The notes under the pieces were generated by a model, which was not told where the DNA came from, did not search any database, and saw only the letters and a list, made by a program, of their open reading frames with translations. Position numbers and translations under genes: made by a program. 64,000 bases of DNA from Antedon mediterranea. Lineage: Eukaryota > Animalia > Echinodermata. The stretch is from positions 4,503,888-4,567,887 of the forward strand of contig NC_092676.1 of assembly GCF_964355755.1 (NCBI RefSeq), written 5' to 3'. This document shows, piece by piece, positions 12,234 through 23,879 of the stretch. Position 1 is the first letter of the stretch, and the number at the start of each line of letters is the position of its first letter.

Positions 12234-12627
12234 CTGTTGTGTCCGGATAAATTTCCTTTTCACACCCGATTCATAACACGGGAATGACACGGGTTGCATG
12301 TATTTACACTGAAAAATTCCCACTCGTGTAAATGTTCCAGAAGATCAATCGAAATATCACCCTCTCATGCATGAAGAGACACCATAGTAACGGTCTGCTC
12401 ATTATACCTCCCACAATTTTGTTTTATGGCAATACACACAAAAATTAAGTCTACTTGGGAAGAATAATATCTTGAAATAAAAATGAATAACAAATAACCA
12501 TAAGTTTAATTTATTGAATAAGCGAATAAACAAAATCAGTCTTATCCTAATTTTATGTAAATTAAATACTATATAGTGAGCGAGGATAGTAAACAAACGG
12601 GTAAAGATACATTGAGCGTTTTTACAC
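12234..12627 (+). mobile_element. Right part of the Harbinger-like MITE split by the gypsy element (left part 6379-6412)
   Basis: 6379-6412 joined to 12234-12627 is colinear with the uninterrupted copy at 54736-55350. Confidence 0.85.
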
Positions 12628-12985
12628 AATTAACTGATAAGGTTTGTGGAAAAAGGGTTTAACAGACTCTGCTCATGAAAAATTAACAGATATCTCATTC
12701 AAATCAGCTAATTTAATTATCGGATAAATGAGATAATTTTAAAGCTTTGAAGGACAAAACTTCCTCCTCTTTGCCTTTATTAAATACAACCTATTAGTAT
12801 TATACATTGGCCCAAATTGGGTCCACTGGAGGAGCAGTCACAGTATTACTCTTTCTGTTTTAGAAAGCAAATTACTGAGCTGACTTACCAAATACCAAAG
12901 AGAGTCGATTGAGGCCGAAACGAACCGATGGAGGAACTATCGTATGGAAAACAAATCGCACCTCGGCCTGGCTGGGCTTCCTAGC

Positions 12986-14300
12986 GGTTATCAGACGATC
13001 GGGACCACGGACGATCGGGCCCAAAAAACGTGGTCCTGATCGTCTTCAGCGTTGGGCCCGATCGTTTCATGCGTTGGCCCGATTGTCTCATGTTTTAGGA
13101 ACCATTTTGGTCCCGATCGTCTCATTCGCTGGGCCCGATCGTCTCAGCGCAGGGCCCGATAGTCTTGTTTGATATGGTAAAATCGATCGCCTTTTATTTT
13201 GGTTTCGATAATATCGGGTATCGGTATTCGGTATGAAGCGTTGCTGATACGCTTTTGCGGTTGTAATTGGTTCTGGTCAATATTTGTTAGGTATAACTAT
13301 AGTATAAGGGATGAATGTTTAATTTAGGCCTATTGTAGGCCTAATAATGTATATAATGTTTGTTTTCAATTTATTTTACAGGTGGTTTCAAAACGTTGGT
13401 GAATGTGTGCTCTTTGAAAATCATTGTAAAAAAATATCAGACATTAATAGTTAAAATAGTTTATAATTAGTAATACTAAATAGAGTATTTTTAACCAATG
13501 AGACGTTCTATGCATACAACAATACAAGTGGATACTAGAGTACGTGTTTTAGGGTAGGCCTGTTGATTGAGGAATGAATCTAGTACCGTAGCGTATCATG
13601 ACAAGACACTATATGGATAGAAGAATATAAATAAAAAGGTGGGATTTACCCACAAAAGTGTACCAACCAACGGCATTACCATTATGTATAATAAAGACAC
13701 ACTTTTTTTTTATTGCTTTTTAGTTTACTGCAACTATTATGACAGAGAACATAATTTAAAAAGTATCATAAATTCAAACTGTTTCCACTTTGGTAGGCAA
13801 CTGTTACCGCTTTGATGTTTAGTTCGTAACACGCTATGTTTTATTTAAAGGGGAATCCCCAGATTGTGGCATGGTCAACAAAATCATGTGCTGAAGAACA
13901 ACAGGGGAAGGTTACTCGTCTCATCTCCTACTACCACCGCATAAAATTATTCGACCATTGACATTTATTATATTGATTAATAATTACATTTAAAGAAAAT
14001 AGTGCGATGCAATAAAACCCAATCGATTAAAAAAACACGACCGATAATATGATAAAAATTGCATAGCTAGAGTGGCGCGCGCCATACAAAATTTCAACAG
14101 TTAATTGGTTTAATTGCGACCAAAATAAAACGTGCCCGATCGTCTTATTTGTTGTGCCCGATCGTCTAGGCCCAATCGTCTCTGGTCCCGATCGTCTTAA
14201 AACCTTGTTGGGCCCGATCGTCTCCCGCTTTGGGCCCGATCGTCTTACAATGGCCCTATCGTCTGGGCCCGATCGTCCGTGGTCCCGATCGTCTGTTCCC
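12986..14300. mobile_element. Non-autonomous MULE/Foldback-like element
   Basis: 9-bp TSD cttcctagc (12977-12985 and 14301-14309). TIR cagacgatcgggaccacggacgatcgggccca, with subterminal gggcccgatcgtct repeats at both ends. Confidence 0.85.
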
Positions 14301-14459
14301 CTTCCTAGCTACCTAGCTAGGCCTACTAGGCCTAGTAGTAGTAGGCTAGTAGTACTAGCCTAGCCTAGCTAGGCCTCCTAGGCCTAAACTATAGGGCTAG
14401 GCCTAGCTAGTAGAATAGGCTAAGCTCCTAGCCTAGCCTAGTCTAGACCTGAGCCTGGC

Positions 14460-14914
14460 AATATTAACGTACGTATTAGCACATATGGTATAATATACAC
14501 ACATTGATGGCGTATGATTATGCCTAAACATTTTTGTTTATTAGACTTTTATATAATAATTTCCTACCCTCTTCTCGCGATTTTCGTTGTTGTTTTTGAT
14601 GTCTGACTTTTGAATGTAGCGCCACCTGACCTGACTGACACTCAGTGACCTGACAACAATATTTCGATTGACAGTACGAAGAAACAAGTAGAAAAAATTA
14701 ATATTGTTTAAATATTTTCAATAAAAATTAAAATTTATTTTGGCAAAATATAATTTAAGTAATAACGAGGGCCTATTTATTTTCTTTATTTTGATGTTTA
14801 TCCATCCACCCATCAAAATATTGTTTTTGTACTTGCACTTTGACCCCCTTGTTTAGAAAGAAAACAGAAAAAGAAGGGATCGACCTCTCGAAGAAGAAGT
14901 CGAAGTGAACAAAA
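14460..14914. promoter_or_regulatory. Probable bidirectional promoter CEP295(-)/UPF3(+)
   Basis: Lies just upstream of the UPF3 ATG and is flanked symmetrically by TAGGCCTA/CTAG-rich tracts. Contains tctcgcga and a CTCF-like tagcgccacctg (about 14617). CEP295 needs an upstream exon; a candidate minus-strand donor gtacgt lies near 14470. Confidence 0.5.
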
Positions 14915-17900
14915 ATGACTAAAGAAAGAAGAGAAGATGAAAAATTAAAAGAAAGAAAAAAAGTTAAAGATGGTCCGCTGACAAAAGTTAGTTACTGTAT
15001 TTTTTTTTAATGGTATGGCATTAGGCTAGGCCTAGAGGCCTTTATTTATTTAGTTATAGTAATATAATAATAGACTAAATAGGCCCTCCTCCTACCCTCT
15101 ATCTAGGCCTCGAGGTAGGCTATATAAGTTTACTCTAAATAAAGACTACTAGGCTAGGCCTACTAGCCTAGCTAGGCTAGTACTAGTAGGCATACTACTA
15201 GATAGAGGCCTACTAGGCATATGTAGTAGTAGGCCCTATCCTAGCTAGTATAGGCCTACCGCTTACTAGGCTAGGCCTAGCCTTAGGTAGGTAGGGTCGG
15301 CCTACCTAGCTAGGCCTACTACACGGTACTAGTACCAACCAGAGAAGGAGGAGCGGGCCAGTCTATTATTATTCATTATTATGAATATGGGCCTAATAAC
15401 CTACGGATTAGGCCAAGTTGAACCGCCGACAAGTTGAGCCGCCACCAGAAAAACGTTATTTTTTATGGAACGCCAAATGCTAACTTTCGCCGGTGCTCGT
15501 TCTATTTATAAATTATATTAGGGATAACGATGTACATTCAAAAGTTTATATATCATAGTTTTTAGTATATATATTATTAAATATTATAATTAAAAAAATA
15601 ATTATGAAAATCTGGCTTGTAGATTCCAAAATTTAAAACATCACCGAAAGTGATCGTTTTTAGCAAAAAATGACGTAAACATGTTGCCCCTCAGTTGGCA
15701 GTTGTATGAACTAGGCTTACTCCATTTTTCGGTAAAATAATTACATAAAATCACGTTTTTTAGTAAAATATTTTGTTTATTAACATTGTAAAATTCAATA
15801 AAATATGATATTAAAAGATTAGTAAATAAAAAATAATATTTATTTAACCTCATTCGAAGAATGTTAATACTCTATTAATTAGTCCTGAGAGACAACGTGA
15901 CTTTACGTGGTAGGCCTACACGCGAGAACAATTATGAGTGCACTGAATTTTTTCCTCGAAAGATTAAAAACAATTACATTATTAAATATTACTACTTTCC
16001 TTTGCTGTGTTGTTAATTGTAATATGTAATTATATATTATTTATTTTCATGACACAATAAACCAAGACCATGAACTTATGTACTAGGACACCATCCTAAT
16101 CACTACGCGAAATGTCGTAAAAGAAGCATGCACTGGGCGTTTCATAGAAATCACCGGCGGCTCAACTTGTCGGCGGCCCAACCGGTCATATCCCTAACCT
16201 ACCTGTCCTTACCAGCAGCCTTAGCTAATAGGCCATCATAGTCAAATAGCATACTTATGATGTACCGCTATCATCAGGGGAGATTGTGGGGGCTGACTGG
16301 TTATTAAAAAGTGTTTTTTTTTATTATTTTTTTTTTAAATAAACAATAAACATGATTAAAATTGACCTTGCCAAGCTGATAACCACCTTAACATGCCAAA
16401 TATTGACTAGGCCTATTGATAAAAAATAATTTCTTCCATTTGTGCAGGTTTTTTTAAATGCACTTGTTGGGCACAGTGCATTATAGTATGTTTTTTTTTT
16501 ATATTTTCAGGTTGTGATCAGACGATTACCACCAACACTTACTGAGGAAGCATTTATTGAACAAATTTCACCATTGCCTCAGAATGATTACTTCTGTTTC
16601 GTAAAAGCTGTCAGAAGGTAATTATATTGGATTAGATGTTCTTGGAGTGCTGATGATAGGCACTGCTTTACCAATTATGTGCTGAATCTTGTGACATGTG
16701 CATGATGCTGTTGACAGTTGTTCTTCTTTATGCACTTGTCAATTGTATGACCCACTATACGACCCCCGGGAGAGGTGTGTCATTATACAAATAATGAATG
16801 TTTATGAGTGCAATGGTACAAATAATGGCACGAGGTGAATGATGAAAGGTTATATCAACGAGGCAAAGCCGAGTTGATATAACCTTTCATCATTCACCAA
16901 GTGCCATTATTTGTACCATTACACGAATACAAAACATTCATTATTTGTTTTATATAACATCTAGACGTTTTTTTTTCGTACACAAAAATGTTTCAAAAAG
17001 TACTATTTAACGATCGTTGAATAGTGCGTACTATTGCACGCCATGTGACCCACATTCGTCCAATCAAATGACAGGAATTTATATAGGTGTTATATAATTA
17101 CAAATAATTACTGATGCAATGGGTCAAAAAACCTAGATGGTACATCACATCAATGAACAATGGTGTGTCAATGTACAACCCAAAATATCATAAACAGCAT
17201 GTGCGTCAAAATGAATACGTCATGGTCACCTTAAGGTACGTCATTCGTAGGGTATGATGAACATCTGACAAATGATGCACCTCTCCCAGGGGTCGTATTG
17301 TGTGTCATACAATTGACAAGTGCATTATTATCAGTTATAGTTAAGCTCTGTCTACACTATGAAACTAGTTCAACAAAAAAAGTTTGATGTTCCCAAATAT
17401 GGTAGTGATATGCCCAAATATGGTAGTGATATGACATCATCGCATCCATAATGTATATGGGCACATCACATTTTTGTTGTCACATAACGTTTGATAGTTT
17501 AGACAGAGCTTTATACATTGTACAATAACAAAATATATGTTTTTTCTCCATACAGCAGATCCACCAGCGAGCAATTCACCAATACAAACTTTTAAAATGA
17601 ATTTATGATGCTTAGAGAGTGAAGTTTAAAGCGTAATTTTACAAACCTGACCTTGCAATTGGAAGGCCAGCACATTAACCACCAAGCTACAACAGCTCCT
17701 ATATGCAGATTAAGTTTGAATATAGGATTTTATAAATTATATTGACTTTAGCAATTATGAATATCTATTTTTAGAGCAATTATAAAAATGTATTTATTCT
17801 TTATCACAGCTTAGCGCCTTATTCATTTAGCAGAGCATACATAAACTTTAGCAATCAGGAGGATATTGTGACATTTAGCGAGAAGTGGGATGGAAGTGTG

Positions 17901-20900
17901 TTTCTGGATACAAACGGTTTGTATAATGTCATTTTAAAATTAAAATAATAATATGGATTTATATAGCAGACATACCAGCTTTTGCTTTACGGTGACCTGG
18001 GAACAAGTTCATGTCAATCAATGCGTTGTCGTTTCTCGCGTGAAACTACCAGAACTGTGTCATGAATAGAGAAAGCAAGCAGGTCCAAATTTTCCTGCAT
18101 GATGTAGTTAGATTGTTAGATCCTCGTTAGATTGTCGGTCGTTGCAAATGAGGAGCTCCCTAATATCAGAAATTTGATGTCCCAATATATGGACATGATG
18201 ATGTCATATCCCTACCATATTTAGGTACATCACACTTTCCTTGTCAAACTAGTTTGATTGATAGTGTAGACAAAGCTATTTCATGAAGATCAGAGCGCTT
18301 GCAGTGAAATAAGATTCAAAAGATGGCTTACTTGAATTTGTATATAAATAATTGTTAATCTTAAATAATAATAATAATTATAATAACTTTTTCAATTTCT
18401 ATAATCATCTTTTATTTAATTGTCATTGTTGTGTATTGTAAATCACAGGTTTGCCCGCTGGGCTTGTTGTGGGTTTTTTTTTATATATCGAATAAATAAA
18501 AAAATAAATAAAAGGATTTTAACACTTTCTAATAACATTCTTTTATGTTTGATTTTAAATTATTTGGTCTATTGCAGGGAGGGAATTCCTTGCTGTTGTT
18601 GAGTTTGCACCATACAGCAAGGTGCCAAAGAAAACAACCAGTCGGAAGGTAGACACAAGGTCTGGAACCATTGAAGAAGGTCAGAGTTCAACTTTCAGAT
18701 AAATTAACCAAGCGTGACCATGATCTTTAAAGTGATTTATTTATTTTATTTTTATTTATTTTATTCAATCAAAACCAACAGGGATAATTATCTATCGCCA
18801 CTAACAGGTTTGATACAAACAAAGCAAGGACTGTTTAAAGCACCTTGATTAGTCCTAACATTGATCAAGGGCTTCTCTCGGCCTGTGCCCACCTTGACCA
18901 GAGGAAAGGTATAAGCCAATATGTCTGAGGTAGATACTAGATGAAGGGGCTGCCATAAGAGTCAGCAGTGCTGATTTCAAATGCCTAACAGGACCCCGGC
19001 TCCATATACAGCACCCATTATTCCCAGATGGTCTCCCATCCAAGCTCTAACCAGGCCCAACGTTGCTTAACTTCGGTGATCTGACGAGAACCAGTGTTTC
19101 AGCGTGGTAAAGCCGTATATATATTTAGCATACACAGTTACTGTGAATTCTTATATTTTTAAAGTGGTTATCCTGTATCATCCATCTTTTTACTTCGTCC
19201 TTGCCTAGATCATCCTCTATTGTATAAAATATTTCATCTTGTGTCATCCATTTTTTCACTTCGTTTTTGGCTAGTTCATCCTCTAGTTGTATTATTATTA
19301 TTATCGCTATGGTGCTATTTTAATGGTAATAAATATTGTTTTTTGTCTTGTGTGAGTTCATCTCACATTTATTTAAATTCTCAGTGATGAATATAATTAT
19401 TATATACATATATTATAAGTACACTTGTGACAATTAAAGTAAGTGTTTAAAGTAGTTAAAATACAGGTATATTTACATAATAAGATACTTGAATTCAGTA
19501 TTAACCATATTTGTTTTCATTTAAAATTTTAGATACGATAATTAAAATGTAAAAATGAAAAATGGCGGTAAAATGCATGATTAAAATCTTTCTTGTTAAA
19601 CTATCTTATTTGTGTAATTAATATTGTTTGTGTTATTTAGATGATGATTTCATAAAATTTCTGGAGTCTTTAGAAGTGCCAGTGGAACCACTTCCAAGCG
19701 CTGAGAGTTACCTTGAAGAGATTGAACAGAAAAATCTGGATAAGAAAGGTAAATATTTATATAGCAGCACCCTCTATTGTTGGGTGAATTAGAAAATATT
19801 AATTTTTCTATATAGCGTTCTGCGGTGCTGACGTCACGACGGTAGGTGGCGCTGCATGGTTGCTAGCCAACCAAAAAATGAATTCAACGTACCTGCCTGA
19901 GTGACTCCAAGGTCACCAATGGTTTGGAATAGGCTTATTGAAGTAGTCATTTTAAAACTTAATAATTTTCAATAAAAGCAAACTAAAATTTCAAAAGATC
20001 ACTAAATATTTGTTTTTAATAATCTTATTTATTCTTCAACTACAGATAAGAAAATCAAGCTAAGATACATAATTTGATAGAAATACAGATCTATACAGTT
20101 TATCAACATAGTAGCGTTGAACAAATTTTTTGGTTGGCTAACAACCATGCCGCACCATCTATTGTTGTGACGTCACACCGCAAAACTCTATATTTAACCA
20201 AAATAATGCAGCGCCCTCTATTGTTTGGAGTATTAGAAACCTTTATTATTATGTATACAATTATTTATATTCAAATTTGTTTATTTATATTTTAGCAACT
20301 GAGATGACTACACCATTATTAGACTACCTGAAAAATAAACGAGCTGAAAGAATTGTAAGTTTTGTTTCACTAGTAAATTCCAAAGGCTATTTATCTTGGG
20401 AGTCAACTATGCCAAAACTGCACAGCCTTCAGCTGACCTAAAAAGTCTGATTTTATACCGGATTTTTAACAAAATTTGGAAGAGTTTCTATGGTGTTTCT
20501 TTTTTAAGAATTTATTTTTGTTTAAACTATGTCAGTATGGCTCTATGGCAGCCTTCTGTGTCCAAAAAAGTATCTATAATCCGACAATCCTGTCGTGAAA
20601 CTTATTTTATACTCAATTTTAAGAAATTTTAGTATTTTTAAAAATTGTTGTATCTTACAGAAAGCAAGAGAAGATGCGAAGGAAGAAAGAAAAAGAAAAG
20701 AACAGGAACGGCAGAAAAGAAGGGATGAGGAGAGGAGGAAGAGGAGAGAAGAAGAGAGGAAAAAGAAAATTAAAGAAAGAGAAGAAAGGGAAAAAAGAAG
20801 GGAAAAGGAAAGAGAAGCAGAGCAAAAAGATGAAGCATCAGTGAAGGTAAAAGAAACTTTGTAATTATAGTTTCATTTAGCATATTTAAACCCTGACCTA

Positions 20901-23366
20901 CAAACTAATAATTATTACTACCAATCATAATAACTGTATAATCATTCTTGTCATTATAATCATCAACATGATCATTATCATTACAATCATCTTTATTGAC
21001 AATGACATCAGCGTCATCATTATGTTTAGATAGCTTCTATACAGAATGATAGTAATTATAGATTTTCTTTTTTTAAACAAAGATTCTTAAAAGTGAGACC
21101 GTGTCAAAAGATGAAAGCCGGACCAAGTTTAAGTCAGATTCCAGAGATCGTACAAGAAGAGAAGATTCAAGGTTGTATAGAAGATTTTGTTGCCAAAAGT
21201 CACTGTTCTCTGGAAAGTTTACACTCTACAGTATAGGCTAGAACATTTATTAGTTTCAATAAATTCAAAATAACAATAATATACATATACAGTACAGGAT
21301 GAACACAATATGATTTACAAAAACAAATTCCTGAAACAATTCTGCAACAGGGGAGTTAAAGTCGTGTGAAGAAATCCTGGCATCTGACTGGATTTGAACC
21401 CAGTACCCTGGCATCAGTAGCCAAGCATCCCAACCACCAAGCTATAACTTGTAAACAAACAAACAAGTGTTATTTATTATTATTAAGAAATAAAAATGTA
21501 ATTAATCAACTGACAGTTTTTGTATGTGCAGAAGAAAATAAAAAATGTTTTTTTTTTGTTAGAACAACTAACCTAAAGGGAGAAGGGAAAGATGACATAA
21601 GTAAGGACAAAGATTATGAGAGACCCAGAAGTTCAAGGTATTCTGATAAAGATAGGGAAAGATCCAGAGGGAAAGATGTAGGGAGAGATAAAGGAAGAAA
21701 TGAAACAGCAGGAAAACCTGGTGGAGGAAGTACAAAAACACCAGAATCCATCAGGAATAAATATCGAGAAAAAGATTATAAATCAGACAGCAGGCCCAGT
21801 TCAAGTAAAAGTAAAGAATCGGTTTCATCGAGAGACGCATCGAAAAGGTATGAAGATAAAAGGGATAGGAGGACTCCATCATCGACAAATAGTAAGGAGA
21901 AGATAAATGATGATGTTGAAAATAAGGACAAGAAAGATGAAGGGAAACAAAAGGTAGCTGAGTCATCAGCTACGGAGAAGAGTATTGAAAAAGAGAAGGG
22001 AGATAGTGCTGCTTCAAAGAAAGCTGTTGAAGAACGAGGTAAAGGGCCAAGAATCAGGAATAAGGTAAACAATTTCTTTTAGTAACGAACAGGCTAGCAA
22101 AAGCAAAACTAACTAAAACAAGAAATATTTCTTCCAAAAAAAACGCCGCTTGACTTGATGTAACAGATTTATAGTATTGTTCTTTCTAAAGAAATAATGA
22201 TTTATTATCAATTTTTTAAATCAATTTTTCAATCAGTAGTAAACATTTGTGTAACGTAAATATAGTCTGTCCTACTCTACAAAACAAAAATATAATATAA
22301 TAATAATATAATATAATATAAGCTAAACTATAGTACTGTACCCATTAGTCGAGTTTACAAATTCTCATTTCTGTCAGCTGCCTACAACAGGCAGACTATA
22401 CCACCTGACAGTGTCTGTCAGGTGCATAAATCTCATAGACTCTTTTTTCCCAGACGTGATTTGGGTCATCGAGCATGTACCTATAAATTAGTCGCGTTTA
22501 AAAGTTCTCATTTCTTTCTTCTGTAAATCTCATAGTCTCTCTTTTCTTTTCCCAGACTTTCTTTGGGTCGTCGAGCATGTACCTAAAATTAGTAGAGTTA
22601 CAAATTCTCATTTCTATCAACTATAGTAAACTAAAGCTTTGTGTGTGGTAACAGCTTCTAAATGCTTATGTCCTCTGGGAATATAACTGGCTACAGCCGC
22701 GAAGCGAAAAACATAAAAAAAGAGAATACGGCCAATGACATTCAATTACAAATTAATTGGAACACACAAATTAGTATACAAATTTCTATATCTTCAAAAA
22801 CTTATTATTTTTTATTGCTATGCATATTATATTTCCCACAGGATCGGCCAGCGATGCAAATTTATCGGCCAGGTCAAAGGTCAACTATGAAATCCTCCAC
22901 ACCCTCGAGTGTTGATTCAGACACTACTACATCTAAGTCTGTATCGCCCGAAAAAACAAAACCAAAATCTGAAAGTCCGACAGAAGAAAAACCCAAAGAC
23001 CTTAAAGCGCGTGTAAAACCGGAAGAGAAACCACGCACTGCAGATAGCAAAGTGAAATCCGATAAGAGCTGGGACCGAGGAAAAGATGACAGAGGCGATA
23101 GGAACAGAAATAATAATAAATCAACCGGTCGGTTCAGTGGTAGGAGAGATTTCAAAAGAGAAGATGATAAGAAAAGACAATGGGAAGATAAACCGGCGCG
23201 AGATGCTTACAAAGGACGTGGAAGGGACGACAGAGGGAGGGAGGATCGTGGCAAAGAGGATAGAGGGAGGGAGGATCGTGGCAAAGAGGATAGAGGGAGA
23301 GAGGATCGTGGCAAAGAAGAAAAAAAAAAAGACATTGTGAAAGAGAGTAAGGCAAAGGAAACCTGA
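14915..23366 (+). CDS. UPF3: Regulator of nonsense transcripts 3 (UPF3), 10 exons, about 618 aa
   Basis: Exons 14915-14986, 16511-16617, 17810-17916, 18578-18679, 19641-19748, 20296-20354, 20661-20846, 21083-21171, 21563-22064, 22842-23366. All are GT-AG with consistent phases. RRM-like KVVIRRLPP...SRAYINF...AVVEFAPY, TTPLLDYL, a charged coiled coil, and the EJC-binding motif RIRNKDRPAMQIYRPG. Confidence 0.96.
15405..16194. mobile_element. Non-autonomous MULE-like MITE in UPF3 intron 1
   Basis: TSD taacctac (15397-15404 and 16195-16202). TIR core ccgccgacaagttgagccgcc / ggcggctcaacttgtcggcgg. Confidence 0.8.
16731..17324. mobile_element. Harbinger-like MITE (TTA TSD) containing a nested long hairpin element
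   Basis: About 55-bp TIRs tgcacttgtcaattgtatgac... with TTA on both sides. Internal hairpin at about 16788-16950 centred on cgaggcaaagccgag. Confidence 0.8.
18735..19120 (-). mobile_element. 5S rRNA-derived SINE (SINE3-type)
   Basis: 19120-19004 reads as a diverged 5S rRNA (tacggctttaccacgctgaaa...gatcaccgaagttaagc...ttggatgggagacc...gtgctgta). It has no oligo-T terminator and is followed by a roughly 240-nt body and a (taaaa)n tail. Confidence 0.82.
19809..20192. mobile_element. MITE with about 80-bp TIRs carrying TGACGTCA
   Basis: tatagcgttctgcggtgctgacgtcac...ccaaccaaaaaa is inverted as ttttttggttgg...gtgacgtcacaccgcaaaactctata. Confidence 0.75.
21362..21452 (-). mobile_element. tRNA-derived SINE head, same family as the gag insertion
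   Basis: Reverse complement tagcttggtggttgggatgcttggctac...gggttcaaatcc aligns with 7206-7265. Confidence 0.7.
22115..22720 (+). mobile_element. Helentron/HINE-like element with internal tandem repeats, UPF3 intron 9
   Basis: Starts aaaacaag and ends gcttatgtcc...acataaaaaa. Internal repeated ttagtcgagtttacaaattctcatttc / gggtc(a/g)tcgagcatgtaccta units. Confidence 0.4.
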
Positions 23367-23879
23367 ATGTATTTTATTATTTTTTGGACACGACTCTTTC
23401 ATTTTATTCCACAATAGTTATTAAATATTAAAAATCAAGCATTTTTTTTTCCTATATGCTTAATTTCTTTGTAAACTTTATTTGATCTTAAATGTACCAT
23501 CCAAAAAATGAAAGCATTCATTTTTCTTTAAAATGAATTACACAGACACAATTTAATAAACAAATAGTTCAGTGACACAGATTGCAAATTAAGAGAAGTT
23601 TAAGAGAGTGCCTATACATAGGTCGTATTCGAGAACACATATTTAATTTATTTTTTCATTATTGGATATCCAACTTATTATTTCATATTCTTTCGCAAAA
23701 TGATTGATCTTACAAATAAAAACTGTTTGAATTTATTTTGTTGGGATAGTGTCATTATTTTATTGGAATGGTTTTGAAACATGAAATTAACATTTGATAA
23801 ATTATCTGTATATGTTTTTTTTTTGTATATACCTATACTTAACTACAGACTATTATTATTCAAGAAGTAACTGATCTTT

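Noticed and set aside
12909-14363. ORFs with GPDRL/GPIVS repeats
   Set aside because: Translations of subterminal repeats of the non-autonomous MULE-like element.
19004-19120. Functional 5S rRNA gene
   Set aside because: Many substitutions, altered ends, no oligo-T terminator, and fused to a body and tail.
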